DNA of 64,000 bases from Octopus vulgaris (taxonomy: Eukaryota). The DNA is taken from contig OX597833.1 of assembly GCA_951406725.2 (NCBI GenBank), positions 71,610,001 through 71,674,000 on the forward strand, given 5' to 3'. Both the position numbers and the translations under genes were made by a program. The notes beneath the pieces were generated by a model. The model was not told the DNA's origin. It saw nothing but the letters and a program-made list of their open reading frames with translations, and searched no databases. This document shows positions 26,942 through 40,869 of this stretch, piece after piece; position 1 is the stretch's first letter; each line of letters begins with the position of its first letter.

Positions 26942-29026
26942 TTGGCTGTAGAACTTGCTCCTCTGTGTTTGTGTTGTTATCATTTAAAGTCCATTTTCCA
27001 TGGCTGGCATGGGTTGGACAGTGTGACAGGAGCTGACAAGGCCAAGTGCCACACCAGCTTCCATTGTCTGTTTTGGTATGGTTTCTGCAGCTGGATGCCC
27101 TTCCTTATGCCAACTACTTTACAGAGTGTACTGGGTGCTTTTTACGTAGAACCTGGCCCCTAATAAATATTCAAATATACATATGGTCTGCGGCCTTTCT
27201 TCCAGCACTTTCCATTCTCAGTTGAATTCCTGCTGATGTTTGGTTTTCATCCTTTCAAGGGCACTGGGAGTTGCTGTAGTGGACTTAGTTGACTTCCCCC
27301 TCCCCTCAAAATCACTGCCCTTGTGCCAAAATTAGAAAGAATTGTAATTAAAGTAATTGCAGTGGCAGCAACTTCACTGAAGAGGATGACCTTTTCACTA
27401 ATTATGTTATTAATTAATTGAATTTCATCTGTGGGTGGGTTGGGGGTGTTATTGAGTTATGATGACACTAACCTGATTAGACTGGAAGTAACCCGAGTCT
27501 GCTTATGTTCTCTGCCCTACATAAGACAATGGCTCTGATATTTGGACATTGAGAGATCACATTTAACAGTTCTGTTCCTCCCCCCTCCTCCCACCCAGAC
27601 TATAAATATTAAGAGAGAGAAAAATGGGGGAGGGGGCATTGGGGTGGGAGGAGAGCCCGCCACCTCCCCGCCCGACTCTAAATCATCACTTTGATGTTTT
27701 ATCTATTCCCCTGAACCCCACCCTACCCTCTCTTTGCTATTTCAGCAAACAGGAGTGGTGGTGGTGGTGGGGGGGTCTGTGTTGTGTGGTGGAGGCTTTT
27801 TCTTATATATATTTTTGTTTTCAGGCTGAATTTTTAAGAAATGCAAAAACTATATATATATATATATATAAATGGGTTGGAGGTTGTGTGTGTGTGTGTG
27901 TGTGTATCATTATCATCATATACACACATCTCTTTCAATTTCTCTTTCTGTATATGTGTGTGTGTGTGACTAACTGGTTGGGAGATGAACCTCAAACATC
28001 CCTTCTCTGACCCAACTTTATCCCACCCTCTTCTCACCCCACCTTCTCTCACTCCCCCGTCTCTCTCTAATGCCTTTATAATTGGCTTTGATGAACTCCC
28101 TCTCCTCATTCTGTTTTTAATGGAAATTTCTGGAAGAATTTTCTTATTTTTCTCCTTAAATCAACACAAGATCTCTTCTTCACATCCAAATATCTTTGCA
28201 ACAAATGTAAACATACAAATACAAGGTGACTGGGTTTCGGGGTTTTGGGGTTTTTAACACGTGAAATTCCTTTTGAAGATGAGGTGGGGCAGAGAGAAAG
28301 AGAGAGAGAGGAATTAATGTCTTTGGAATTGTCCTTATTATGTAACTGGTAATTCCTTTAGTGACCCTGGAGGGGTGAATGATGATGTGGTTTTGGTCCC
28401 CAGTGGCTCTGGAGTTGGAAGCTCATGACACTAGTAAAATACTTTTTTAAAAATTTTTACTGCAGGAAAAAATGGATTCTTTCAGCTGAGCCAACTGGCA
28501 GGGGACCAAGGGTGAGGTCAAGTCTGAGATGGTTGGATATTATCCATAGTCTCAGTAGGTCAAGCTGGGAATCCAGCCAAAAAGCATAATGATTGCTTCT
28601 AGTCGGAGGCTATGGAGGTGGTGCCTGAGGACCCCTCCCCCCCACTACTTCCAATGACTCTCTCATGAAAAGCGGGTGGAAGAAATGAATGGATGGACGG
28701 ATGGATATGAATTACTCGGCTCAAAATATAGTTTCGGTGCCAATTTTACAGCCAACTCAACAAATTCCTTCCAAATGGTTCTACATGGTCACTCTGCCTG
28801 CTAGATATAGCAGCACAATTCACTTTCAAACCATATTTTACCATCCTAAAATATGAAGAACTCATCAAACAATGTAGTTTTCCTGGACGTATTGTCTGGT
28901 CATGGAATGCTTGACCAGGGTTGACCCTGGTTGTTGTCCTTTCTGCAAGTTTTATTAAATTAAGGTGAAAATTGTTTCTGATGTTGCAACAATATGGAGA
29001 TTCTTTCAAGTTGGCTCAGCATTTAA

Positions 29027-29266
29027 CCCTTTCACAATCAGATTTCTCTCCCAAACACACAATGCTTATTTATTCAAATTGTTTTCAATTAATCATGAAC
29101 TATCGGCGCAGGAGTGGCTGTGTGGTAAGTAGCTTGTTTACCAACCACATGGTTCCGGGTTCAGTCCCACTGCGTGGCACCTTGGGGAAGTGCCTTCTAC
29201 TATAGCCTCAGGCCGACCAAAGCCTTATGAGTGGATTTGGTAGATGGAAACTGAAAGAAGCCTGTC

Positions 29267-29312
<46 letters not shown>

Positions 29313-29647
29313 TTGTGTGTCTGTGTATGTCCCCCTAGCATTGCTTGACAACTGATGCTGGTGTGTTTATGTCTCCGTTACTTAGCGGTTCGGCAAAACA
29401 GACCTGATAGAATAAGTACTGGGCTTACAAAAGAATAAGTCCCTCTATTAAAGGCGGTGCTCCAGCATGGCCGCAGTCAAATGACTGAAACAAGTAAAAG
29501 AGTAAAAGAGTATCTTCTCATAGCTTTGAGATTTCAAGGATGTGATTGTTTACTTTGAGAACAATAATGTTGGTCAGGTGTGAGAAGCCAGGTGTGGTCA
29601 GTTTGAACAAAACTGGGTCAGACCTGACTGGTTTGAATAGTAAAGGG
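29027..29647. mobile_element. TTAA MITE interrupted by a SINE
   Basis: TTAA|CCCTTT (29023-29032) ... AAAGGG|TTAA (29642-29651), with SINE 29105-29510 inside. Confidence 0.7.
29105..29510 (+). mobile_element. SINE family 1 (intron 1 of gene A)
   Basis: Full-length copy flanked by TATC at 29101-29104 and 29511-29514. Confidence 0.9.
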
Positions 29648-30049
29648 TTAAATAGTCCTTTTGGGGTTGTTTGGGGTCTCTACTTTATACTGACCAACCA
29701 ACAATAATGAAAGGTTGGTTGTCATGATGTGTTTGGTACAGTGTTACAGCTGGAATTTGAACCCAGGAATTCATTTTCCAGGACAAGAATAAAACATTAA
29801 CAAAAGAAAATATTTTGATATGAAGCATTGGGGGGGGGGGCTGTCATTTTATCATAAATAAAACAAAATATGTGGGAGTTTGAAGTCGATGGTTTTGGAC
29901 GGAATTTTTTAGTGTTCTTTAGTTCAGAGTTTCATCAATTTGGATTTCAAATCTTACTAAATTTGACTTTTCCTCAGCAGTGAAGTACAGCCCTTGTGGC
30001 CAAGTATCTCACCCAATTGGCTCTTTCAACTGTCATAACATCCCCACTG

Positions 30050-30105
30050 TCTCTCTCTCCCTCTCTCTCTCTTTCTCTCTCTCTCTCCCCTTCTCTCTCT
30101 CTCTT

Positions 30106-30199
<94 letters not shown>

Positions 30200-30230
30200 T
30201 TTCTCTTTCTCTCTCTCTCTTTCTCTCTTC
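30050..30230. repeat. (CT)n microsatellite
   Basis: Direct inspection. Confidence 0.95.
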
Positions 30231-30589
30231 TTTAGTAACTGAGAACCATTTCCTTCTCGATTCCCTTGTTATTTCTCCTAAGTCCTCTGCTAATTCTCTC
30301 ATTTCCTGGTTTTGATGCCTTAAGAAAAGCAGTTCCTACTTGCTCCTGCTGCTGTCTGCACAAAAGATCCTATCAAGTATTTATAAATTAACTTTTTTGT
30401 TAAGAAAACAGCTGTATTTAAAAAAAAAAAAGAGTTTGTTTTGTGCACAATGTATCCTTTTTATTTCATCTCCTTTTTCCTTCCTTTAAATCCCACCACA
30501 CAGAATTGTAAACTGTCTTTGTAATGTCTCCTTAGTTGATACCCCTCTGGCAAATAAAAGAAATTATTATTTTTATTAAAAGACAGAGG

Positions 30590-31505
30590 GAATCTGGCAG
30601 AATCATTTAGCATAGAAAAATGTGGCATTGCATCCGTTTCTACACATTCTGGGTTCAAATTCTGTTGAGGTTGACTTTGCCTTTCATCCTTTCAGAGTCA
30701 GTAAAATAGGTACCAGTTGAGTACTAGGGTCAATGTCATGGACTAGTCCCCCCCCCACCACCACTTACTGCCAAATTTGTTAGTCTTGTACCAAAATCTG
30801 AAACCATTATTATTAGTAAAGGAAGGCGTTTGGGCTGGCAGAATGGTGAGCATGCCAGGCCAAATGCTTGGCACCATTTCTTCTAGCTTTATGTTCTGAG
30901 TTCAAATTCTGCTGAGGTTGAATTTTGCCTTTCATCCTTTGATAAAACACATAGCAGTTGAGCCCTGGGGTCAGTGTAATTGACCATCCCTCTCCCAACC
31001 CACCAAATTTAAGGCTTTCTTGCCTATGGAAAAGATTATTAAAGGAAGGCAGTGAGCCAGCAGAATCGGTGCATGGGACAAAATGCTTGACAGCATTTCT
31101 TCTGGTCCTTTACATTTTGAGTTCAAATCCCACCAAGGTCAGCTTTGCCTTTCATCCTTTCAGGATTGACAAAATAAGGAGGACAAGTGAAACACTGGGG
31201 TCGATGTAATCTATTTCTTTACTACCCACAAAGGGCTAAACACAGAAGGGACAAACAAGGACAGACAAACGGATTAAGTCTATTATATCGACCCCAGTGC
31301 GTAACTGGTGCTTAATTTATCGACCCTGAAAGGATGAAAGGCAAAGTCAACCTCGGTGGAATTTGAACTCAGAACATAACGGCAGACGAAATATGGCTAC
31401 GCATTTCGCCGGGCGTGCTAACGTTTCTGCCAGCTCGTGCTAACGTTTCTGTAATCGACTGACCCCGTCCTTCCAAAATTGCTGGTCTTGTACCAAAATT
31501 TGAAC
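30590..31505. mobile_element. Cluster of SINE family 2 copies: three diverged + copies, with a young - copy (31212-31449) nested in the third
   Basis: Repeated GTTCAAAT..TTTGCCTTTCATCCTTT motif. The nested copy is flanked by TGTAATC at 31205-31211 and 31450-31456. Confidence 0.8.
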
Positions 31506-31675
31506 CAGTAACCTCTGGTATACTCAGCTTGGTGCCATTTCTCTACAGCTGTTCACTTCCTGTGAACTAAGATGGTTGGTTCTGTCCAAATCTTGATTCC
31601 TTGTAAATGTTAAGTAATATTGTTTACTGTTTTCCTTTTTATTCCTGTCTTTTTCAGTCACTGGTGCTGTTGTTG

Positions 31676-31716
<41 letters not shown>

Positions 31717-31729
31717 TTTATGTTTTCAG

Positions 31730-32102
31730 GACTTTTTAATCAAACAATTGCAGATGTGTCAAGAAAATATTCCTCCAGCATCACTCCTGCCTCTCAGACT
31801 TTCTTCATTTGGTCCATAATCTACCTGTGGCAAGTCGTATGGCTGCTCTATGGAATGTCTTTGATCTGTCGGAGACGTTCCCACCACTACCTCTACGTCT
31901 TCCCACCAATCCTGTCAACAACCTTCTATGTTGCTTTCGCTGTCAACAACATATTCACAATTGCCTGGACTTTTGTTTGGATTCATGAGATGATACAAGT
32001 GGCCCTTGCCATGCTTGCCGCTTCTGTAATCTCCCTCTATCTATCCCTTTATTGTTCCTTCAAAAACCTTTACAAGTTCCTCAACTTACTTTACAAAGAA
32101 GA
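31730..32102 (+). CDS. Gene A coding exon 2 (TPASQTFFIWSIIY motif, several TM helices)
   Basis: Acceptor TTTTCAG (31729), open frame GLFNQTIADVSRKYSSSITPASQTFFIWSIIYLWQVVWLLYG...LYKE, donor GA|GTGAGT (32103). Phases 1 and 2 fit the flanking exons; gapless similarity to gene B. Confidence 0.92.
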
Positions 32103-32344
32103 GTGAGTATATCTTTTTATGTTACAGATTGTATTTGTTTAGTCCTTTAGTGCTTAAACTGGCCATCTCGGCCCAAATATTCTCCCTGCTTCAGCCTCTC
32201 ACACCTACCCTACAATGTCATTCTACAAATAAACAGTTGCATCATCAAAATCTCAAAACAATGTGAACAAATAAGGATTATATTTGACAGGATTTTCTGA
32301 ACGCTAAAGGATTAAACTCTTAACCTTGTTAGAAATGAAAAGAG

Positions 32345-32559
32345 TTTTACTTACTTGTTTCAGTCATTTGACTGCGGCCATGCTGGAGCACCGCCTTTTT
32401 TAATCAAGCAACTCGACCCCGGGACTTATTCTTTTGTAAGCCCAGTACTTATTCTATCGGTCTCTTTTGCTGAACTGCTAAATAACGGGGACATAAACAC
32501 ACCAGTATCGGTTGTCAAGCAATGCTAGGGGGACAAACACAGATACACAAACACAAACA

Positions 32560-32596
<37 letters not shown>

Positions 32597-32758
32597 GACG
32601 GGCTTCTTTCAGTTTCCGTCTACCAAATCCACTCACAAGGCTTTGGTCGGCCTGAGGCTATAGTAGAAGACACTTGCCAAAGGTGCCACGCAGTGGGACT
32701 GAACCCGGAACCATGTGGTTGGTAAACAAGCTACTTACCACACAGCCACTCCTACACC
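32345..32758 (-). mobile_element. SINE family 1 (intron 2 of gene A)
   Basis: Full-length, high-identity copy. Confidence 0.9.
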
Positions 32759-34247
32759 TATTGATATATTTCTATACTAAATGTGCCTGAGTTAATAGCT
32801 TAGACAAATGTTTGATGAAACACTTCTGGGGTTTCTGTGAGGTGAGTCAAGTGAGGGGGATTTTAATGAAATGAAAATTTATTTTATAAATATTATAGGT
32901 ACAAACACACCTGTGTAGTTAAAAAGCCTACTTCCCAACCAGATGGTTTTAAGTTCAATTCTATCATTGATTTTGGGCAAGTGTCTTGTATTACTGCTCC
33001 AGGCCAAGCAATGCCTTGTGATTGGATTTGGTAGAAGGAAACTGAAAGAAGCATGATGTGTGCATCTGTGTGTTGAGCATTTATGCCTCATCTTGAACCT
33101 TTGTTACTAGATTTATATTGAAACTACCTTTTTTTTTTAAAATTAATTTTTAAATTAATGAAAAATTAAGTAGAACAACTTTGTTATTATTAGTGTTTGG
33201 AACATAAATTAACATGGAATTTCGCCAAGAAGTTTTAATTCAAATCATTTGAAGAGAGAAATGGTCTCAGGTGGTGTGTTATCAAAAGGGTTATATCCCA
33301 GGCCCCAAGCAGTGATCTTATCATTTCTCTTGTTAACCTTTGAAGATGTGTGAAATGAGTGATCCCTTACTTGAAGGATTAGCGACAAGAGCATCAGGAA
33401 GAAAAACAATGCATCAATAATATAATTCATCTAACCCATGCCAGCATGGAAAAAGGGACGTAAAATTGACCAAAGGAAAGGATTCACCATTTTAAAATAA
33501 TGCTGTTATGGGTGCGAGTGTGTATACGCATGCACTCTCTCTCTCAGTCTGAAATGGTTTTTCATTTAATGTCTAATTTGAATTAGGGATGCAGATGTTA
33601 TCTGAAGATATGGGTTCTGTGATTAAAAAAAAATTTTTTTTAAGACTGGAGGGAAGGCAATGCCCCTAATCCTTCAAAACTGACAAGAGGGCAGGAAGGA
33701 TAAAGGAATTCTGAAGCCAGTGGCCTACTCTGGGGGCTTGCAACACTAATGGCACCCAAAGTGCCAGTAAGGTGGTGGGGGTAACTTTATGCTCGGAGAC
33801 GAGGGTTAGAGTATGAAAGACTGGACCTAAGCAGAACCGTTTTCTTGCTGTAGAGGGGCTCTGTGCCTATTCCCATTTTAGAAGAGACTTGCCAGTCTGC
33901 TTGATGGTTCCCTGACGAAATTAAGTTTGGTATTTGCTGGCCCAGAGGATAGGAACATTTTTTTATCTTTTAGTTTAGAAATAATTGCTTGAGCATAGAT
34001 TAATGTTTTATTTCTAGGAATGAGGTTAATCAGCTGGAAAATGGTTTTATGAAGTATATTCCATTTTGTTTTTTTATTCAGTAATGCAAAAGTCTTCAGA
34101 CTTTTCAGAAGAAAACAAAACAAAACAAAAAAAAACTGTTTTCGCATTCATTTTTCTGTTTCTGTGGTTGTGAAGATTTTGGCAAAATGTGGTTGTTTGA
34201 TCAGGTGTTTTCATAGATAGATGATAGACAGATACAGTCCATTTCCT

Positions 34248-34292
<45 letters not shown>

Positions 34293-34532
34293 CACCACCA
34301 CCTCATCCCTCATCAACTGAGAAAGAGGTGTGGTACTGATTTATATTTAGCTTAAAATAAGGCCACATAAATATTTTCCCTTTTTCTTGTTTTTGTTTGT
34401 ATTTTCATTTCCTCTCACCTACATAAATCTTTGTCCATCATCATCATCATAAGCAATGCAACAACATATCTTATGACCAAAGAACCAAAGGCATTCCAGA
34501 TGTGACCATTTCATCATATTTTCTGACATAGT

Positions 34533-34751
34533 GACGCCAGAACTGGCAGACGCGTTAGCACGCCGGGCGAAATGCTTAGTGGTATTTCGTCTGTCTTTAC
34601 ATTCTGAGTTCAAATTCCGCTGAGGTCGACTTTGCCTTTCATCCTTTTAGGGTCGATAAATTAAGTACCAGTTGCGTACTGGAGTCGATCTAATCGATTG
34701 GCCCCTTCCCCAAAAATTTTGAGCCTTGTGCCTAGAGTAGATAAGATTATT
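34533..34751 (+). mobile_element. SINE family 2 variant
   Basis: CTGGCAGACGCGTTAGCACGCCGGGCGAAATGC..GAGTTCAAATTCC..GCCTTTCATCCTTT. Confidence 0.85.
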
Positions 34752-35684
34752 AAGAGTATTTTCCCTGTTTGAGAGTAATTGTACTTTTGGGGGAGATTTA
34801 GCTGCTATCTTTAACTGGTCAAATAACCATGTAAAGACTACCTTGCTAGCATTTGACCTCTGGTATATGCGGGTTATGTAGAGGAGGGGGGAGTCCTTTT
34901 TGTTTTTCCTTTGTCTTTGTAAGTCGAAATTTTTTATTACGTACTGTAAGAAATGTCCTGGATTTCATCAGAGGCAATCCAGAGACCTGGCCGTGTGGTT
35001 AAGAGGTTTGTTTCACAACCATTTGGTTTGAGGTTCAATTATACAGTGGCCCAGTGTCTCCTCATATCCTCAGGTTGATTAATGCCTTATTATGAATGGA
35101 TTTCGTAGATGGAAATTGTGTGGAAGCCCATCCGTGTGTGTGTATGGCTGTCTTTGTTTCTGCATTACTTGACAATCCAGTGTTGATTTGTTTACACATC
35201 CATATCTAGCAGTTCAGCAAAAGAGACTGATAGAATAAATACCAAACTTTAGGCAAAAAGAATTGGTTTGTTCAGTTAAACCCTTCAAGGCAGTGTTCCA
35301 GCATGGCTACAGTTCAGTGACTGAAACGAATAAAAGTGTATAAAATGTCAAAAGTAGTTCTCTGAGTTCAGTTTGAATTTCCAGAAGGATTCCACATTCT
35401 TCAGACTCTTCAGACTCTATATTCACAGGAGTTCTCACTTGCCTACATTGAAGCCAAAGGTGGCCAGGATTCCACAATCTGCTAGATATAGCAACCAAAT
35501 CCCTCTCAACAAAATTCTAATCTGCTGGAGTCTGTCAATTTGGTCAACTAAATTCTTTTCACAAATGGTGTCTTGTGTGAAAATGAAAGAAACTGCATTT
35601 AAAAATCTCTTTTTTTTAATTATTATTAATCAGTTTTCTTTTTTTCCAATTGTTTTAATCTTTTCTTTTCCTCTATTTCCCCAG

Positions 35685-36138
35685 TCTTGGCACTGACGTC
35701 TGGTTGATGCGTATCCTGGTCCAGAATGGATTGTCTTTCTACGCAACTTGGAGTACTTTTGCCACACTGCTCAACTTTGCCATTGTACTCAATGACAGTG
35801 GTGGCATCAATAAAAATATGGCCGGAACAATTACACTTGGAATTGCGGCTCTCTTCATGCTCCTCTGGTTCATGCTTGATTGCATAATTCTTGACAAATA
35901 TGTCCGCTATACATTCTCGCCGTACGTTGTGCTGATCGTAGCCTTCACTGGAATAATGGTGCAGCACTTTGACCTGTCTCTCCATCCAAGGAATTCCATC
36001 TTGACGTGTGTTCTGCTGGTCCTGTCGGCTCTGATGCTTCTCTGTAAGTTCATCACAGTCACATGGCTCCACTCGCACCAACCGATCATCATAAAAGCAC
36101 CGATATACGCTCTGCCGACAACTCATAACATGAATTGA
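35685..36138 (+). CDS. Gene A coding exon 3 (last; VWLMRILVQNGLSFYATW..LDKYVRYTFSPY); spliced protein is 310 aa
   Basis: Pyrimidine tract and CCCAG acceptor (35684); phase 2 restores GA+T = Asp; stop TGA at 36136-36138. Total CDS is 106+373+454 = 933 nt. Confidence 0.92.
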
Positions 36139-36203
36139 TAATCTGAAGCAACCAGAAAAGACGAACAATTTTGACAAATTTGTGGTACTTACTCAATTAG
36201 CTT

Positions 36204-36249
<46 letters not shown>

Positions 36250-36427
36250 CATATATACATGCACACACACATGTACACAAGTTTATTTTTGTTATGAGGG
36301 AGTTTAAGGTATGTAAATATTGTTGTTAATATTCTTGTTGATGTCATCCTTCTAACCATTTATTGACGAATTATCTTGCCTATATTCTTCTCCCTGTCTC
36401 TCTCTTTCTCTCACATATATATATACT

Positions 36428-36461
<34 letters not shown>

Positions 36462-36620
36462 TATACATATATATATAAATGATATCTCACTTTGTTGCTA
36501 TTCGTTTCACACGTAGCACAAGAAACTCTGAATAGCAACAATGTGAATTATCAACTTCATATGAATAAATAAACTCTGAGTACACATATTGTGTATTTAT
36601 TCCCCAGTTTCTGCATTAAA

Positions 36621-36669
<49 letters not shown>

Positions 36670-37464
36670 TGATGCATATTTGAGTCATCTTTGCTTTTGG
36701 AATAAACTTTGTTTTATGGTTTGTAAATTTGCTTTCAAAGTTTTGTTAAACAAGTCCGGCCTCTGTTTTTCTCTCTGTCTGTTTGTGTGTGTGAATGTTT
36801 GTATAATTGTGGAGGTAGGTGAAGCCTTGTTTGTGTTCCTTCTATTTGAACCTGGTGAGGCAAATTCTTTTGTGGGTGTATGAAGTGGGATGCTGGGTTT
36901 ATTGCAGAGTTGACGGAAGCAACATTAATCTTCACTGTATCTAGTTGCGTGTTTCTAATCCTAGATTAACTTTTCAAAGAAAAAGAGATTTCGTAATTTT
37001 TCTATATTTGGACAATTATATTTTGGGTTTTCTTCCACCCTTTGTGTGTGTGTGTGTGTGTGTGTGTTGGCAAGGCATTTAAGTTTAATTGCACTTAGCT
37101 TCGTTACTGATATTTTTCTATGAATCTGATTTTGATAGATTTTAACTTCTATTTCTAGCTGGTCAAGTGACCACATAGAGGCTCCATCATTGGCTTGTGA
37201 CTAGAATTGTCCTGTACCGGTGGAGGTGGTGGTGAATATTTTTGTTGTATCTATTGTCATTTAACCCCAGGCCAGATCTAACTGAACAGACACATAGTCA
37301 GTCATTCCAACCATGACCATCCTTTACTTTTTATCTAGCATTAAACGTCTTGGACTATTTTTGTTTCTTTGTTGTTTTTGTAGGATGGTTTTGGTATAAT
37401 TTGAGGGAGATTTGGCTGCTATTTTGAGAAATCTATTCAATGGCTCTTATACTTCTAGATACAA

Positions 37465-37805
37465 GTTACATATATTTGTTATAAAGTGAATCTTGTTACA
37501 GTGTGATACAAAGGGAATTCTGTTACAGTCTGTTACAAAATGAATGTTTTTAAGGTTTGTTACAATGTATTATATAGGATGAAGTCTTGTTACAATCTGT
37601 TTCAAGGTGAGTTTTGTTACAATGTGTTACACGTGGTGAATATATCTGTATCTTCCACAGGGTGAATCTGGTTCCATTTAGAGTGAATCTTGTTACAATG
37701 TGTCACAATGTGTTACATGGTGAATCTCTTTATTTTCTGTTAGAGGATGTCCCTTGTTACAAGGGGAAACATGCTATGGTCTGTTACAAGCTGAATCTTG
37801 TTACT
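37465..37805. repeat. Degenerate tandem repeat with TGTTACA / GTGAATCT cores
   Basis: More than 10 TGTTAC(A) motifs at roughly 10-30 bp spacing. Confidence 0.7.
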
Positions 37806-40800
37806 TAATATCAAGCTCTCCTTCATCGTTGCTATTACATTTGATATTCTAAAATGATTGAGTCTACAGAAATGGCACAGCGCCAGACTAAATGCTTTGC
37901 AGTATTTAGTTTCACACTGTTATTTACTCAGTCCATCTCCTGGTTGAACTTCTCCATTTGGCCCTTTGCATGCCTTTAGCAGTGTCCTCCTCGGTCACAA
38001 GCATATAGGCCAAATCTGACAATGATTTCCACACCTCACTTGTAAAAAAAAAATCATTGGGGCTACTTTTCCTCCTCAGACATTTAAATAAAAATAGAAA
38101 AAAAAATGAAGTTTGAATATTTATGGAGTTGACATTTGTTTGCCATTCTTGCAAAGCCTATAAAATAAAGTACCAGTTGCATACTGGGGAGAGCTGGTTC
38201 TATTAACTCTCACTTTCCTCTCTGTAGAAATGTTTATTGTTGAGTGAAGACAAGACATTTTGTGTGGAACGTTTTGTATTTGAAAGTGTTTTGCTGGGTT
38301 TGTTGAATTTGTGGCTGACTTTTGTTTGCATAAAACCTGTCTGGTTGGTCATGGTTAGCTTGACCTAACAACTAAGCTAATGTGTGTTAGTACAATGCAG
38401 CCAGCCAACTGTGTAAATTATATCAATGCCTTTTTATGACTCAGCAATGCTTTCTTGTTTAAATCACCATGTCAACAAACGTGACTGAAAATGGGTGTTA
38501 AATATTATTATTGTTATTATTACAACATTCCCTGTACGGAATTGAGTTTGAACATTGCTTTTTGTTGATGAATTTCTAAGAATTGTGCTGCTGTGCATGC
38601 ATGAGTGGATGTTTTAGTGAAGATGTCCAATTTCCAACATCTTGCATTCCTTGAGAACATTGCTCAGAGCAAAAGCTTGAAGATAGTTTTAACTTTGTAG
38701 CAAAACCTCTAAGCTTTGGTTGATACTAAGAAGCTTGATTGTGGTAACCAACATTTTGTTTGGGACTTCCCCATCCCCTGCAGTGAGTGGGGGGGACTCA
38801 ATACTTAAATCTGGTCTCGACAGAGAAGACCCCCAAGTAAGATCAAATATGAGCAGAACATGACAAGCAGCAAAGCCTCCAAAATCTTGATTAAAATGCA
38901 AATTATGCATACGATTAAGCGGGAGATATCATTAGCAGAAAGACTAATGTTAATTTAATCTGATCTTTGGTCAGTAAGCGTCAGTTCTCCAGAAATGTTT
39001 CGGCTTTCTTGTCAGTCTGCTTACAAGAACAAAAGCTAGGTTGCTTCTATTCCTTTAATCCTTGAACAAAATCCGTTTGTTTGTCAGATTGTTAGAAACA
39101 TAATGGAGAAGCTATATTTCTGTCTTTGGTGCCAGATCATAGTGCTATAGTTTGGTTATCTCTGAGTGTGCTTATGGTAATAAGGTTTTTCCTTTACAAA
39201 CAAACATATATATATATATTCAGATGAATATGGTACTTAAGTTAAAGGCACCAGAATTTTGTATGGTATTATCCATATAAATCAAATGGGGTGATTATAA
39301 TCAAAATAAGTAACAAGGATATCCAATGTACATGAAGTAGCATGAAACAATTGTACTACTCTACCTTGGATATCCTTGTTGCTTATTTTGATTATATATA
39401 TATATATATAAAGACATTAGTATCTAAATTCTTAAATTAACTGAATACCAAATTTTTCCTTCAATCTATTTTTTGAATTTCTTTTCAGTTGAATTGTAAA
39501 AATTTCTATTCCAGTTTTAGTAGAACAAAATTCAAACAATAATTGGTTTATATCCATGACCATTCTCAGACTGTCTACCATACACCCTTCTGTCTTCCTC
39601 TTCTTCAACAGCATACAAGATTACACACACTTTCATTCAGTTCCAATTGTATTGGCACTAAAAGCAATGTCTTCATTGCAGAGAAAGCATTATTGACTTT
39701 GGTATTTGTGGATTTTTTTTTTTCTGAAGATTTGTTTCTTTGGTAAGATTTCTGAGAATCTGTTAAAACCGATATTGTTGCTTCTGAATAGTCTCCCCAC
39801 CCCTTTCTTTCACCATTTAAAGACACACGTTGCACTGTTAGTGACTTCTTCACTCCAGTAATATTTCTTTAAATAGTTGTTTGGTTGAATGAATGAAGAG
39901 CCTTCTTCAGACATCTCAAACTTGGTCGTTTATATTCTACAAAGATAGTCTTTGATAAATTTTACAATTTTAACATAAACAACTAAATATGAAATAGCTT
40001 GTGTTTTAAGCAGCCAGACTAAATGAATACAGATGAAACAATAATTTCTTAATTGAAAAAATATGATTTAAAATGTGAAGAGTGGTGAGGTAATATTTTT
40101 TGTAAAAAAAAAAACCTGCTTCTTTTGGTATATAAAAAGTTATATTTTTCCATAAAAGTAAATAAAATGATGAAAAACTTACAAACTTGTATTTTCTTAT
40201 TATTTTAAAATGTTTTCTGTGCTTTTTAATAATTTATTAGTGCGAGATGCACTTTTGAAATGTTCAAAATTTAATTTAGATCTTTCAGAATTTTATCAAA
40301 AACCTTTTAAGTAAATTATATTCCAAACATCAGCTTAATAATGAAAATAGGTTTTTTTTTCACTCAATCTTTTCAAATTCTTGATTATTTTAAAAATTGA
40401 TTAGAATTGTGTAAATGGTGTATTTAAATTGAAATATGGTAATAAAAGGATTTTAAGCAGATAGAACTGAACTGAAGAAAGAACAAGATATCATTGTTAC
40501 AGAGCTGACTTGATGCCAACATCTGGACAATAATGAGAATGGACAGGAGAGGAAGAAGTGGATTAAAATTGCCATGGAAAGTACAAGAGTTTCAGGGAGA
40601 TCAAAGAATATTAGGGATGACATAACTAAGCTAAAGAATGTAGGCCCTTGATGTTGTGACGAGACAAGGTCGAACAAATTGAGATTGATAGAATACTGGA
40701 GTCAATGTAATTAACTTGTCCCCCTCCCCTCAAAATTGTTGGCCTTTTGCCTAATTAGGAAGAGTTATTAACATAAAACACTGATCCTTACAAAAGGAGA

Positions 40801-40869
40801 TGAGAGAGGACCTAGATATTTGGTCGTACTCGAGAAAACCTGCTCACCTCAACAATTGAGATCCTAATA

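Noticed and set aside
35626-36177. 183-aa minus-strand ORF
   Set aside because: Antisense shadow of gene A exon 3. ORF 50090-50428 is likewise a shadow of gene B.
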